Positions 36,316 to 46,358 of a DNA stretch of 64,000 bases are shown here, one piece after another. How positions within the stretch are numbered: the first letter of the stretch is position 1; the number at the start of each line of letters is the position of its first letter. The DNA comes from Spirochaetaceae bacterium. Its GTDB lineage: Bacteria; Spirochaetota; Spirochaetia; DSM-27196; SKKC01. The notes beneath the pieces are model-generated. The model was not told where the DNA came from. It worked only from the letters and a program-made list of their open reading frames with translations, and made no database searches. A program made the position numbers and the translations under genes. The stretch covers positions 3,669-67,668 of the forward strand of contig JBKHAN010000008.1 of the NCBI GenBank assembly GCA_046542845.1, written 5' to 3'.

Positions 36316-37341
36316 ATGAAAAAATTGCTGATAAGTCTTGGGGTCCTGGTCGTGCTTACCGTGGCGTTTCTTGCCTTCGGCCCGCTGTATGTAGTCGACG
36401 AAGGCGAGCAGGTCGTCGTGACCCGTTTCGGAGAAATCGTGCGCGTCGAGACAGAAGCAGGATTGAAATTTCGAACCCCTTTCGTTGATACGGTGGTTCG
36501 ATATCCTCGGCGCATACAAAGCTGGGACGGAGAGCCAAACCGCGTGCCGACGAGCGAGAATCAGTTTATTTTCGTCGATACGACCGCTCGCTGGCGCATA
36601 GAGGATCCTGCGCTGTTCTACGCGAGTACAACGACGCTCTCGCAAGCCGTGTCCCGACTGGACGACCTTCTCGACAGCGCCGTTCGCACGGTCATTACCG
36701 ACAACACCCTCGAAGAGGCGGTTCGGAGCACGAACCTGATTCTCGAGCTGACTGATGAGGCCGATGCGCTCCTTGAGGCCGAGCAGGCTATAGTCGAGTC
36801 GGAGATCGCCGAAGAGGATAGTGCGGACGAACTGGAAGAACTCAGGGATTTTATACAGACCGAAGTACCCCAGAACGAGATATCGCTGGGACGACGCATG
36901 CTCGCGGAAGCGATGTACGAAAGCGTCGTAGAAGACATTACCGACTTCGGAATCGAGCTCATAGACGTCGTAATCCGCCAGATCAGATATTCAGACGAAC
37001 TGACTGAAAGCGTGTACGACCGCATGGTCAGCGAGCGTAATCAGTTCGCACAGTTTTACCGGAGTTTCGGGGAAGGCCGGAAACAGCGGATTCTCGGCCA
37101 GATCGAACAGGAGCGAGACACCATTTTGAGTGAGGCGCAGGCTCGTGCCGAGGCCATCAGGGGAGACGGTGACGCTCAGGCCGCGCGCATATACACAAAC
37201 GCGTATTCGCAAAGTACCGACGACTTTTACGATTTCTGGCTCACGGTTGAGAGCTACAGGAATACCCTTCCTCTGTTCCAGGCAACGCTCAGTACCGAGC
37301 TGGAGTATTTCAAGTACATTGAAGAGGCTGCACAACCCTGA
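36316..37341 (+). CDS. hflC: FtsH modulator HflC (with an acidic insertion)
   Basis: VVTRFG, WRIEDP, FGIELIDV, RMVSER and GDGDAQAARIY; directly follows hflK. Confidence 0.93.
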   Translation: MKKLLISLGVLVVLTVAFLAFGPLYVVDEGEQVVVTRFGEIVRVETEAGLKFRTPFVDTVVRYPRRIQSWDGEPNRVPTSENQFIFVDTTARWRIEDPALFYASTTTLSQAVSRLDDLLDSAVRTVITDNTLEEAVRSTNLILELTDEADALLEAEQAIVESEIAEEDSADELEELRDFIQTEVPQNEISLGRRMLAEAMYESVVEDITDFGIELIDVVIRQIRYSDELTESVYDRMVSERNQFAQFYRSFGEGRKQRILGQIEQERDTILSEAQARAEAIRGDGDAQAARIYTNAYSQSTDDFYDFWLTVESYRNTLPLFQATLSTELEYFKYIEEAAQP

Positions 37342-37342
37342 T

Positions 37343-39106
37343 TCAATCGGTTGGCTCGTGCGATACCGCCCTGCGGGCGGTGTCGCCGAGTCTTCCCGAA
37401 ACCATTGCTTCGAGTTTCGCGAGTACGCGCTCGTGCCGCATAGCGCGATCGGCTTTGCCTACGAATGCACGCAGGAATCTTTCGTAGATGTGGATATAGC
37501 GCGGGTGCGCCAGCTTCCGTAACAGCATCAGAAACCGTTTTTCAAGCTCTATCGGGCGAAACCCGGCAACTTCCGCATTCCCGTCGATAAACTGCAACAC
37601 CACACTCAGTTCTTCCGCGTTGTCGACACACTGGCACGACGCTATCCGATCGCGCAAATATTCGAGCTCTTTGACGGGAAGCGACAGAAGGTCCTTCAGG
37701 TCCGGCATTTCGTCTATCGTATACCCTCCTCTGAAGCGGAAAGTCCCCTGCCCTGACTCCACGCATGCGTCCCTGGACCCGAATACCGCGCGCACTCGTT
37801 CGGGTACGAATCGTCCCCGCGAAAACGCGCGCACCTGCATTGCGCACTGCACGAGCTTCGCGCCGCCCGCTTTATCATCGATCTCTACAGCCGGCCCGCC
37901 TGTCCCGGGAAAGAGTCTGGCTTCGGCGTGACTTACCAGCAGAATCTCCGTAGTGTGATTCCTGCGGCCCGCACTCTGCCTCCCGCCCCGGTACTGCGTG
38001 TAGAGCTGCGTCTCCACGGCGAGTCTTCCGTGCTCGCGCATCAGTTCGCAGAGCACATCAAAGGGAATAAGACCTTCGGTATTATAGCTCAGCGCGATTA
38101 CGCTCGACTCTACACTCAAGAGCAAGCGCCGCAGAGCCGAGACCGCGGTGCGGCGCGAGCAGAAATCGGACCGGGTATCCTTCCAGTCGGGACGTATCCC
38201 GGCTTTCGAAACGAGCGTTCCCTCCGAAGACCTTGATTCGTCTACCTCGGGTTTATCCCACCGGGTAATCGTATTCAGCATGAAATAGTTGCTTCCGTAC
38301 TGATGTGAGTTGTACGGAGGGTCAAGGTATACGATGTCGCAGGACAAAGCACGGGCATCGCTACCGGCAAAAAGGCTTTCGGCGTCGCAGCATCGGACCA
38401 CTGCCGGCGGCCCCGGGAACAGAGTCGGCTCCTCGAGGCGCATAGGCGACATAATCCGTTTCAATGCGTCCTTGCCGTGCCCACCGTATCCGCGATGGTA
38501 GGCCTTGAAGACACCGGATGTGTTGACATGGACCGCCGCTTCGAGGAGCAGCGGCGCAAGCAGAAGCACTTCAAGATCCGATGCTCGAGAAGCGGGTGCC
38601 CCACCAGCGATGCGCGCGATTTCATCTCGAACCGCGTCAATAAACCGCGCGTTTTCGGCTGTGTAGAACAGGCGTTCGCGACCGATTCGGGGAGAATCGG
38701 TACGTTCCGGGGCGTAATGATACGCTATATAACCCCGTCGGTTCGCATCGTGCCTCGCCGAGTCCCCGACGTTATTCAGATGACGGATCGCGTTCTTCAT
38801 TCCCCCCAGGTCACTGCATATGGCATCCGCTTCTTCCGGGCTGAAGGCTACGGCGGCGCGCGTGAGCACAGCGGCGTAGGGCTCTATATCAGACGCGTAA
38901 ATCCGGTATCCGCGATACCGCGCAAGGCGGGACACGGCTCCGCTCCCGGCGAAGGGATCTGCAAATACCGTTGGCCGATCGTGTGCCTCATACCGGGAGA
39001 ACAACGAATCGAGCGCGGGAAGCAGGCGTCGCTTGTTTCCGATATACGGTATGAGATTCGCGTCTACTGTCGAAAGCGTTTGCTTGCCGTGTAGTGTGTG
39101 TTCCAT
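37343..39106 (-). CDS. DNA adenine methyltransferase (D12/Dam-like class), no cognate nuclease adjacent
   Basis: LIPYIGNKRRLL, DPFAGSG (motif I), YLDPPY (motif IV) and LSYNTEG, plus a C-terminal extension of about 190 aa. Confidence 0.88.
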   Translation of the reverse strand: MEHTLHGKQTLSTVDANLIPYIGNKRRLLPALDSLFSRYEAHDRPTVFADPFAGSGAVSRLARYRGYRIYASDIEPYAAVLTRAAVAFSPEEADAICSDLGGMKNAIRHLNNVGDSARHDANRRGYIAYHYAPERTDSPRIGRERLFYTAENARFIDAVRDEIARIAGGAPASRASDLEVLLLAPLLLEAAVHVNTSGVFKAYHRGYGGHGKDALKRIMSPMRLEEPTLFPGPPAVVRCCDAESLFAGSDARALSCDIVYLDPPYNSHQYGSNYFMLNTITRWDKPEVDESRSSEGTLVSKAGIRPDWKDTRSDFCSRRTAVSALRRLLLSVESSVIALSYNTEGLIPFDVLCELMREHGRLAVETQLYTQYRGGRQSAGRRNHTTEILLVSHAEARLFPGTGGPAVEIDDKAGGAKLVQCAMQVRAFSRGRFVPERVRAVFGSRDACVESGQGTFRFRGGYTIDEMPDLKDLLSLPVKELEYLRDRIASCQCVDNAEELSVVLQFIDGNAEVAGFRPIELEKRFLMLLRKLAHPRYIHIYERFLRAFVGKADRAMRHERVLAKLEAMVSGRLGDTARRAVSHEPTD

Positions 39107-39112
39107 TAGTAT
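39084..39112 (+). promoter_or_regulatory. Probable murE promoter overlapping the start of the divergent MTase gene
   Basis: TTGCCG-N17-TAGTAT, 8 nt before the ATG at 39121. Confidence 0.45.
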
Positions 39113-39120
39113 ACGTTTCG

Positions 39121-40635
39121 ATGTCGCGTTTACCTTTATCCGACCTCTTAAGCGATCTTACCATATACGATTCGTGTGGATCACCGGATGTTGAGGTCTC
39201 CGGTATTTCCTATGATTCCCGCGCGGTACGCGAAGGCACCGCATTCTTCGCGATACGCGGCGCGCACGTCGACGGTCATGATTATATACAGAACGCGGTA
39301 GAACACGGTGCGCGCGCAATTGTGTACACACAAACATGTCCCGACCTGCCGGAAACAGTCGTTACTGTCCGCGTTGGTGACAGCCGGGAAGCTCTGAGTG
39401 CGGCGGCGGCTGCATGGCACGGTCACCCCTCGGCAAAACTGCCGTGTATCGGTATTACCGGAACCGATGGGAAAAGCACCACGGTACACTTCCTATGGCA
39501 GCTTCTGACGCAAGCAGGATACAGGACAGGGTGTATCAGTACGGTATATCTGAGTACCGGCGACACGCTTGAAAAAAACCCTTTTCGACAGTCAACGCCC
39601 GAAGCCCCTGAGATACACGGCATACTTCGGCAGATGGTGGACAACGGTTGTATGTATGCAGTCGTCGAGGCTACATCGCACGGCCTTTCGCCGCGCACGC
39701 ATCGTCTCTCGCACGTGGAATGGGCAGGAGCCGTATTTACCAATCTTGGGCACGAGCACCTGGAGTTTCACGGATCCTTCGAGCAGTACCGGGCCGACAA
39801 ATGCCGCCTTTTTTCGGGTCTGAACGACCGAGCTGTTCGACGTCCCTTCGGACTGGTGAACGAGGACGATCCGAGCGCACCGTGGTTTGCCAGGGCAAGC
39901 ACGTCTCCAGTTACGCGCATCAGCATGTCAGGGCGAAACGCAGACGCGCAGGTACGAGCAATATCACAGACAGACGCGGGAACGTCGTTCGAGTTGAGCT
40001 ACGCGGGAGAGGTTATTCGCAGCTCGATACGCATTCCAGGAATCTACAACGTATTCAATGCAAGCGCAGCTGCTCTCGCTGCGGCGCTTGTCACAGGCAC
40101 ACCACTGCCACAGCTTTTGAGCTATGCGCCCGATCTTCGCCCGCCGGAGGGGCGAATGGATGAAATACACGCCGGACAACCGTTTCGGGTCATCGTTGAC
40201 TTCGCCCACACACCAGGCAGTTTCGAAGCCGTACTCCCCATGCTTCGTTTAACGACCCGATTTAGATTGATTGTCGTTTTCGGTTCGGCGGGGGAACGCG
40301 ATACCGCGAAGCGAAGCATGCAGGGTGCGGTTGCCGACCGCCTTGCCGACCTGATATTTCTGGCAGATGAAGACCCGCGAGGCGAAGAGCCCGAGTCAAT
40401 ACTCCGCGATATCGCACGAGGATGCGAGCGGCATACGGAGGGAAGCGATCTGTTTCTGATCGCCGACAGACGCGAAGCAATACGGAATGCGTTTCAAAAA
40501 GCCGCTGCCGGCGACACCGTTGCGCTCCTCGGCAAGGGACACGAGTCGAGCATCATTTATTCCGCCGGTCCGCGTCCCTGGAATGAAAGCGCGGTCGCGC
40601 GCGAAATTCTGCATGAAATGGGATACGAAGCATGA
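39121..40635 (+). CDS. murE: UDP-MurNAc-L-Ala-D-Glu--diamino acid ligase
   Basis: DSR, GITGTDGKST, STPE, EATSHG, EHLEFH, DFAHTP, GSAGERD, DEDPR and GKGHE. Confidence 0.95.
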   Translation: MSRLPLSDLLSDLTIYDSCGSPDVEVSGISYDSRAVREGTAFFAIRGAHVDGHDYIQNAVEHGARAIVYTQTCPDLPETVVTVRVGDSREALSAAAAAWHGHPSAKLPCIGITGTDGKSTTVHFLWQLLTQAGYRTGCISTVYLSTGDTLEKNPFRQSTPEAPEIHGILRQMVDNGCMYAVVEATSHGLSPRTHRLSHVEWAGAVFTNLGHEHLEFHGSFEQYRADKCRLFSGLNDRAVRRPFGLVNEDDPSAPWFARASTSPVTRISMSGRNADAQVRAISQTDAGTSFELSYAGEVIRSSIRIPGIYNVFNASAAALAAALVTGTPLPQLLSYAPDLRPPEGRMDEIHAGQPFRVIVDFAHTPGSFEAVLPMLRLTTRFRLIVVFGSAGERDTAKRSMQGAVADRLADLIFLADEDPRGEEPESILRDIARGCERHTEGSDLFLIADRREAIRNAFQKAAAGDTVALLGKGHESSIIYSAGPRPWNESAVAREILHEMGYEA

Positions 40636-41744
40636 GTAAAATTGAAGTACTCCTACTCTACGGAGGGAAAAGCGGTGAGCACGAAGTATCGTGTCGCTCA
40701 GCGGCGAGCATCTGCCGAAACATCGACTACGAGCTCTTTTCTCTGAAGCTTTGCGGTGTGTCAAAGTCCAACCGCTGGTTTTTGCAGCCCGATTCGGTTC
40801 TCTCAGAGGCTATGTCCGGGACCACGGTGGTAAGGATCGAAGAATCTGCCGAGCTTGAGCTTCATGGTGTTCCCGGCGCGGGACTCCACACTGCCGCAGG
40901 AACACCCGTGCAACCGGCTATCGTGTTTCCCCTGATCCACGGTACTTTCGGCGAAGATGGAAGTCTACAGGGCTATCTGGAGACCCTTGGACTCGAATAC
41001 GCCGGCAGTCGCGTGTTCTCAAGTGCTGCGTGCTTCGATAAACGAATGACCAAGAAACTATGCGAAGCCGCAGGAATCCCATGCACCGAATACGCCACCG
41101 TTCACATCGATAACCGCCGTACGGATACATGGATTCCATCAGTGGCGCGGGAGGTCGAGCATCGATGGCCGGGACGCGCCATATTCGTGAAGCCGGCACG
41201 TAGCGGCAGTTCGGTCGGTGTGACCCGCGTGGAACCCGGAGAGTCGCTCCTCGACGCACTGACGGCAGCCGGGATGTACGACCACGACATTCTGCTTGAG
41301 CCGGAAATACGTGGCAGGGAACTCGAGTGTGCGGTGACAGGAAATCGTGACATTCGCGCGCACGCTGTCGGAGAAATCCGGCCAGTTCACGGTTTTTATG
41401 ACTATCGGGCCAAATACGTCAACGAGTCGGGGGCTGCGCTGACCATCCCGGCGGCGATAGACCCGTCCGTGTACGAGCAGGTCCGCGAACTCGCCGCGGA
41501 TGCGTATCGTGCCTGCGAGTGTTCCGGATTCGCGCGCGTGGACGTTTTTTACGACGAAGTCGATCGCCGTGTCGTGCTCAACGAGATAAACACAATTCCC
41601 GGATTCACCAGCATAAGTATGTTTCCGAGTCTGTGCAGAGAAGACGGCATCGAATACGGCGCGCTCATATCCAGGCTGATCGATCTCGGTCTCGAATGTG
41701 GAGCCGATAAAACGTCGATTCGCTTCGATTACACCGAGTGGTAA
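40632..41744 (+). CDS. ddl: D-alanine--D-alanine ligase
   Basis: GGKSGEHEVS, HGTFGEDG, VKPARSGSSVG, YDYRAKY and NEINTIPGFT. Confidence 0.96.
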   Translation: MSKIEVLLLYGGKSGEHEVSCRSAASICRNIDYELFSLKLCGVSKSNRWFLQPDSVLSEAMSGTTVVRIEESAELELHGVPGAGLHTAAGTPVQPAIVFPLIHGTFGEDGSLQGYLETLGLEYAGSRVFSSAACFDKRMTKKLCEAAGIPCTEYATVHIDNRRTDTWIPSVAREVEHRWPGRAIFVKPARSGSSVGVTRVEPGESLLDALTAAGMYDHDILLEPEIRGRELECAVTGNRDIRAHAVGEIRPVHGFYDYRAKYVNESGAALTIPAAIDPSVYEQVRELAADAYRACECSGFARVDVFYDEVDRRVVLNEINTIPGFTSISMFPSLCREDGIEYGALISRLIDLGLECGADKTSIRFDYTEW

Positions 41745-41747
41745 GCA

Positions 41748-42257
41748 CTACCAGTGATCAATGGAAAACACTCGGTCGAGTGGAAGTCGTTCTGCGTGCG
41801 GCTGTTTCGCGTCCGAATACCCGAGTGTGAGCAGCATGACTACACGCATTGAGTACGGCACGCTCAAAAGCGATTTCACATCCTGTTCGTCGAAGGTCGT
41901 ATTGAGGCATGTTCCCAGACCCTCGTGTACAGCCTGAATCATCATAAAGCTCGCGGCAATGCTCAGATCGACGGGATACGAGAGTTGTCCATTCGGCATT
42001 TTATAATCGATATTCGTCGAACAGATTGCGATGCCGACCGGAGCATTGCCGACCCATTCCTGCCCGAAACAGGCGTCTTGAAGTCGCATGCGCTTCTCGC
42101 CGTCGAGTACGGCAATGAAGCGCCACGGCTGCCTGTTCTTGGCGCTTGGCGCCCGGCGCCCGGCTTCTATAATTCTGTCGAGGCTGTCCTGAGGTACTGG
42201 AGTATCCTTGTACTCGCGCACGCTGAACCGACTGCTAATTTCGGGCAATAAATCCAT
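41748..42257 (-). CDS. Nitroreductase-family protein
   Basis: RFSVREY, APSAKNRQPWRF and GLGTC. The start is at 42257 or 42263; the longer ORF-track extension overlaps the opposite-strand gene. Confidence 0.88.
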   Translation of the reverse strand: MDLLPEISSRFSVREYKDTPVPQDSLDRIIEAGRRAPSAKNRQPWRFIAVLDGEKRMRLQDACFGQEWVGNAPVGIAICSTNIDYKMPNGQLSYPVDLSIAASFMMIQAVHEGLGTCLNTTFDEQDVKSLLSVPYSMRVVMLLTLGYSDAKQPHAERLPLDRVFSIDHW

Positions 42258-42321
42258 ACGCATCCTGTGCAGACCGGTTATTGACCAATGCTTCCCGCAG
42301 TTCGTAGGCTGCTGCCATACC

Positions 42322-44613
42322 ATGATCAAACGTCTGCTTGTAGTATCGCTGATACTAACAGCTTCTACTTTTTGTTTACAGTCCCCGCTTTTCTCGTTGG
42401 ACCACTTTGAAGAAGACGATCTGCTCTTTATTTCCGAGACACTGCCAAACGACGAAGCGACGGAAGCAGAAACAGCGCTATTTGAGCGAATAGCTGATCG
42501 TATCCGCGCCCGCACGGACGAGGGGGACGCTTCTGCAGCCGTCCCGACCGTCCGGGGCATAGAACACGTGAGTGCCGTAAGCGGCCACTCGTTTTCCGAG
42601 TCTCTCCATGTCCATATTGCGGGTCGGTCGTCTTCGAGTGTTCTTGTGCTGGTCCCCGTAAACTCGCCGCCATACGTCCAGGACCTGCCGTTTGGTGCGC
42701 CGGGAATCGCTGCCGCCGTGGAGTTAATACTGCAGGCAGTCACCGATCCTCTCGATTACGATCTGCACGTCGTCTTCGGAACCGCCTCGCGACGAAACAC
42801 GCCGCTCCTTCAGGAAAGCCTTATACAGTTTTTCGAAGACTCCCCGCCTCTTGCTGTCATAGTCCTGGACATACTTGTCCCGGATGATCAGATGGAAATC
42901 GTCTCCGGGAGCCCGGGCGTTGTGTCCCCACGATGGCTTGTCAGCGCTGCTCAGCAGGCTTTCCGCGAACACGATCTGAGCGCTGGAGCACGCGGCGGAG
43001 CGGAACAATTGTTCCGCGTTGGCGCGAGGCCGTCCGGACGGGATTACCTTGTAGAGCCATTCCTCACCCGGGACATTCCATCGATCCTGGTTGTCGACGG
43101 CACAACTGCACGTGAATCATGGCAGAATGATCCGCCCGCGCGACTACTTCGTGTAGAAAGCTTTGCTGCCATAGACGCGTACAGACACGCCGGGCGTATA
43201 CACGGAGCCCTTCGGACCATGATCCAGGACCTTGCCGAAATCGACAACGTTGAGTGGGACCGAAACGCGATCCGCTACTCCGTTGAGGATGTGAGCGTTG
43301 TCGTTGGAGAAACAGCGTATCTGATCTTTCTTCTCGTCGCTATTGGCCTGGTCTTTGCCTACGGAGTCACTCACCGGCAGGCGCTTGCGCGGTACATCCG
43401 GACCATCAGGAAAAATATTCTAAGCCTCCCTTTGCTTTTCGGTATGAGCTATCTGTTTCTGCTCCTGTTCGGGTGGCTGTCGAACTCTATTCTGTTTTTG
43501 AGGGGTACTCCGGAACTCGCATCGCTCTTGCCGGTTTCACTGTTCGGGTTCAAGTTCTTCGGCGCGTTTCTCCTGCTGCAGATCACGTATCTGACGGCAC
43601 GTAAACTCCCGCTGTCACGAAACGGCAGTTTTTACTCGGCTGCGTCCGTGCTTGTTCTTATTGTATCCGTCTTCGTGTTCGGAAGCGTCAGCATTGCGAC
43701 TACAGCGCCATTTGTTGCAGCGCTGCTTGCAACGGTGCTGTTTACCGTCAGTCCCAGTCGCCCCCTTAAGATCATCTTTCTCGTGCTGGCGATTATTCCG
43801 CCTGCGACTCTGACGTACTCGTTTCTCCTGCTCGAAGAGGGTTCGGTAGTGCAGGAGCTCGTATCCGACCCGCTCATGAACGTTCTCCCGACCTTGATTG
43901 TCCTGCCGTATCTGATGCTCCTGATTCGAGTGGATTTTCTTATACGTCACCCCGTAAGTGGCGGCCGCTCGTTCGCCATGAAGATATTGACTGCCGTCGT
44001 CGCTTCCGGCCTTATCCTGTCGGCGATTCAATTATCGAGCGCTGAGCCCTTCTCCGCCGAGCAGGTCCAGCGGGTTCGCGTCACCGAGCGCTCCGATGTT
44101 ACGACCTCTGAGGCCACCGTAACTGTGCAGAGTATCGCCGAAACGAGGAGCTTTTCGCTGCGGTACGATGGAGCCGACCTTGCAGTACCCTTGCGCTCAC
44201 CGCGTACTGAACACAGCGTGCCGTTTCCCGACCGGCATCTTGACATATCGGTCGAAGAAGAGACCTTCCTGGCGCGCCGCATCGTAGATATTACGATTCG
44301 TTCCGATGTCCGATTCGTGGAGCTTGCGATCTCACTTATTTCTGATGACCCGGTTCTTGTCTATCAAGCCTCGCTGCCCTTCCGCACAAGTGCAAGCGGC
44401 AACCGAATCGATATCCTTCCCGGCCGAAACCCGCCATCACCAATGAGACTGCGCATCATTATTCCCGTAGAGTCTTCACCGGACATTGAGGTGACCTCAA
44501 CCCTTGCGGAAGTACAGAATCTTTCCGTGCGCCACGACGAGCCTGTGTATATCCACCAGCGGGCGCTGCAGACGGTCCGACTGCCGCTTCTCGACGGCGG
44601 TTCGCCACGATGA
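42322..44613 (+). CDS. Polytopic membrane protein with a degenerate peptidase-M28-like extracytoplasmic domain
   Basis: Signal peptide, alpha/beta domain (PGIAAAVEL, LHVVF, AVIVLD, PFLTRDIPSI), about 8 TM helices and a C-terminal beta domain. Upstream TTGACC-N18-TAGGCT. Confidence 0.55.
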   Translation: MIKRLLVVSLILTASTFCLQSPLFSLDHFEEDDLLFISETLPNDEATEAETALFERIADRIRARTDEGDASAAVPTVRGIEHVSAVSGHSFSESLHVHIAGRSSSSVLVLVPVNSPPYVQDLPFGAPGIAAAVELILQAVTDPLDYDLHVVFGTASRRNTPLLQESLIQFFEDSPPLAVIVLDILVPDDQMEIVSGSPGVVSPRWLVSAAQQAFREHDLSAGARGGAEQLFRVGARPSGRDYLVEPFLTRDIPSILVVDGTTARESWQNDPPARLLRVESFAAIDAYRHAGRIHGALRTMIQDLAEIDNVEWDRNAIRYSVEDVSVVVGETAYLIFLLVAIGLVFAYGVTHRQALARYIRTIRKNILSLPLLFGMSYLFLLLFGWLSNSILFLRGTPELASLLPVSLFGFKFFGAFLLLQITYLTARKLPLSRNGSFYSAASVLVLIVSVFVFGSVSIATTAPFVAALLATVLFTVSPSRPLKIIFLVLAIIPPATLTYSFLLLEEGSVVQELVSDPLMNVLPTLIVLPYLMLLIRVDFLIRHPVSGGRSFAMKILTAVVASGLILSAIQLSSAEPFSAEQVQRVRVTERSDVTTSEATVTVQSIAETRSFSLRYDGADLAVPLRSPRTEHSVPFPDRHLDISVEEETFLARRIVDITIRSDVRFVELAISLISDDPVLVYQASLPFRTSASGNRIDILPGRNPPSPMRLRIIIPVESSPDIEVTSTLAEVQNLSVRHDEPVYIHQRALQTVRLPLLDGGSPR

Positions 44614-45821
44614 GTGAGACGCCGGCTGGGACGCCGCTTTTCTTTCACGTAGACCTCGATGCATTTTACGCGTCCGTCGAACAGCACGACGATCCCGATC
44701 TTATCGGCAAACCGGTTATCGTAGGAGGCGACCGCGGCGGTCGCGGCGTCGTGAGCGCTTGCAGCTACGAGGCGCGTTCCTTTGGCGTTCACAGTGCGAT
44801 GCCTTCAGCAGAGGCGGCGCGATTGTGTCCGCACGCCGTTTTTCTTCCGGTCAGAATGTATCGATATCAGGAAGTATCGCAGAGCATCATGCAATTGCTG
44901 CGACGCAGCGCACCGGCGATGCAACAGATATCGGTTGATGAAGCATTCCTCGACATGAGCGGCACTGAACGGCTTCTCGGATCCCCTGTTGATCAGGCTA
45001 TGTCGTTGAAGCGAAGAATTCGGGGTGAGTTCGGGCTTACCGCATCAATAGGCATTGCACGGTCGCGCTTCGTGGCGAAAATGGCGTCGGATTTCCGTAA
45101 GCCCGACGGCATCCACGAAGTACGTGACGGAGAAGAAGCTGATTTTGTTGCCGGGTTGCACCTGAAGGATCTGTGGGGTCTTGGGAAAAAAACACGAATC
45201 CGCCTTAACCAGCTCGGGATACACACGATCGCCGACCTGCGATCGTTCAACGAATCCCAGCTTCGCGGTTATCTTGGCGAATCCACCGGGAGCTATCTGT
45301 ACCGGGCGTGCCGGGGAATCGACCCTGGTATATTCGGTTCACGGTCGACGAAACATTCCATCTCAACCGAGACGACCTTCAGTAATGATATCAGCGACCG
45401 GCACGCGCTTGAGACGGTATTGCTCGAGCTCTGCGAGCAGGTCATGTACCGCGTATACAAGTCCCGGTCATACGGATACACCGTGACGACAAAGCTCCGG
45501 ACCGATGACTTCAGGACCTATTCACGACAGAAGACCCTCGGGCGAAAAATCGAGTCGGTCGATGACCTTTATGCAGTTTCACGAGTCTTGTTGTCGGACA
45601 TGGCAGCGGGAAAGCCTGTTCGCCTTATTGGTGTAGGCATTGTCACAGACAGCGGCGACGCAGACCGGGAGCAGCCCGAATTATTTGATTTGGACGTTGC
45701 GTCGGATCACAAAAAACGTACCGTCGAGGCAGCGGTCTGGAGCATGCGCGAAAAGCTCGGAGTCGACGTGCACAAGGCCCGTGTGTTACCCCCCCCACGT
45801 TCTCACGGCGAAAAGACCTGA
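44610..45821 (+). CDS. dinB: DNA polymerase IV
   Basis: HVDLDAFYASVE, SYEAR, SVDEAFLD, AKMASD..KPDG and VRLIGV. Confidence 0.96.
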   Translation: MSETPAGTPLFFHVDLDAFYASVEQHDDPDLIGKPVIVGGDRGGRGVVSACSYEARSFGVHSAMPSAEAARLCPHAVFLPVRMYRYQEVSQSIMQLLRRSAPAMQQISVDEAFLDMSGTERLLGSPVDQAMSLKRRIRGEFGLTASIGIARSRFVAKMASDFRKPDGIHEVRDGEEADFVAGLHLKDLWGLGKKTRIRLNQLGIHTIADLRSFNESQLRGYLGESTGSYLYRACRGIDPGIFGSRSTKHSISTETTFSNDISDRHALETVLLELCEQVMYRVYKSRSYGYTVTTKLRTDDFRTYSRQKTLGRKIESVDDLYAVSRVLLSDMAAGKPVRLIGVGIVTDSGDADREQPELFDLDVASDHKKRTVEAAVWSMREKLGVDVHKARVLPPPRSHGEKT

Positions 45822-46282
45822 GGCACAAGGGGGCCGATTAGCGTCGCGACACCGGACAGCAGCCGTCCGTCCGCATCCGAAAAGGGATCCGGGGTATGGC
45901 TGTCGATATCAATCTGGCCTATGTAGGAGCCGTCAAGGATGATCGGTTCGACGTACTCGGCTCTGGTGAGCACGCTGCAGCTCAGATAATTGTCTTCGGC
46001 GTTGACGTCCGGTATTACGAAGGTTTTCTCCGTTTCGGCGCTCTGTCCGCAGATTCCGCGTCCGTAGGGAATCTGGGTGTGCTGGGTCGGAGCTCCCGAG
46101 AAAGGACCCAGAACCAGAAGGCGCTGCTCAGGAACGGCGAAATAAAGCCCGACCCAGTCGTAGTGTGCTACCGTGTCCCGAAGAAGATCGCAGACAAGCT
46201 GCAACGCTGCACCCGCCTCGTTGGCCGGAGGCAAAAGGCTACGACACGCACGTATTAATTTATCTGAATCAAAGTCCGGCAT
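45803..46282 (-). CDS. GAF-domain protein, free methionine-R-sulfoxide reductase (MsrC)-like
   Basis: [28 protein letters not shown] and QIDIDS. Confidence 0.8.
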   Translation of the reverse strand: MPDFDSDKLIRACRSLLPPANEAGAALQLVCDLLRDTVAHYDWVGLYFAVPEQRLLVLGPFSGAPTQHTQIPYGRGICGQSAETEKTFVIPDVNAEDNYLSCSVLTRAEYVEPIILDGSYIGQIDIDSHTPDPFSDADGRLLSGVATLIGPLVPQVFSP

Positions 46283-46298
46283 TTTTCCTTCTCAGCTA

Positions 46299-46327
46299 TT
46301 GATTTCACATCGGGTGTTTCTTACAGT
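46299..46327 (+). promoter_or_regulatory. sigma70 promoter of dapL
   Basis: TTGATT-N17-TACAGT. Confidence 0.5.
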
Positions 46328-46358
46328 AGGCAGAAATCCTCCGCTGGAGCAAGCACCC

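Noticed and set aside
37343-39106. MTase as part of a restriction-modification or defence island
   Set aside because: Flanked by hflC and murE, with no nuclease, specificity subunit or mobility genes.
41748-42743. 331-aa version of the nitroreductase, suggesting a fusion
   Set aside because: The extension overlaps the divergent membrane-protein gene and its promoter; homology begins at MDLLPEI (42257).
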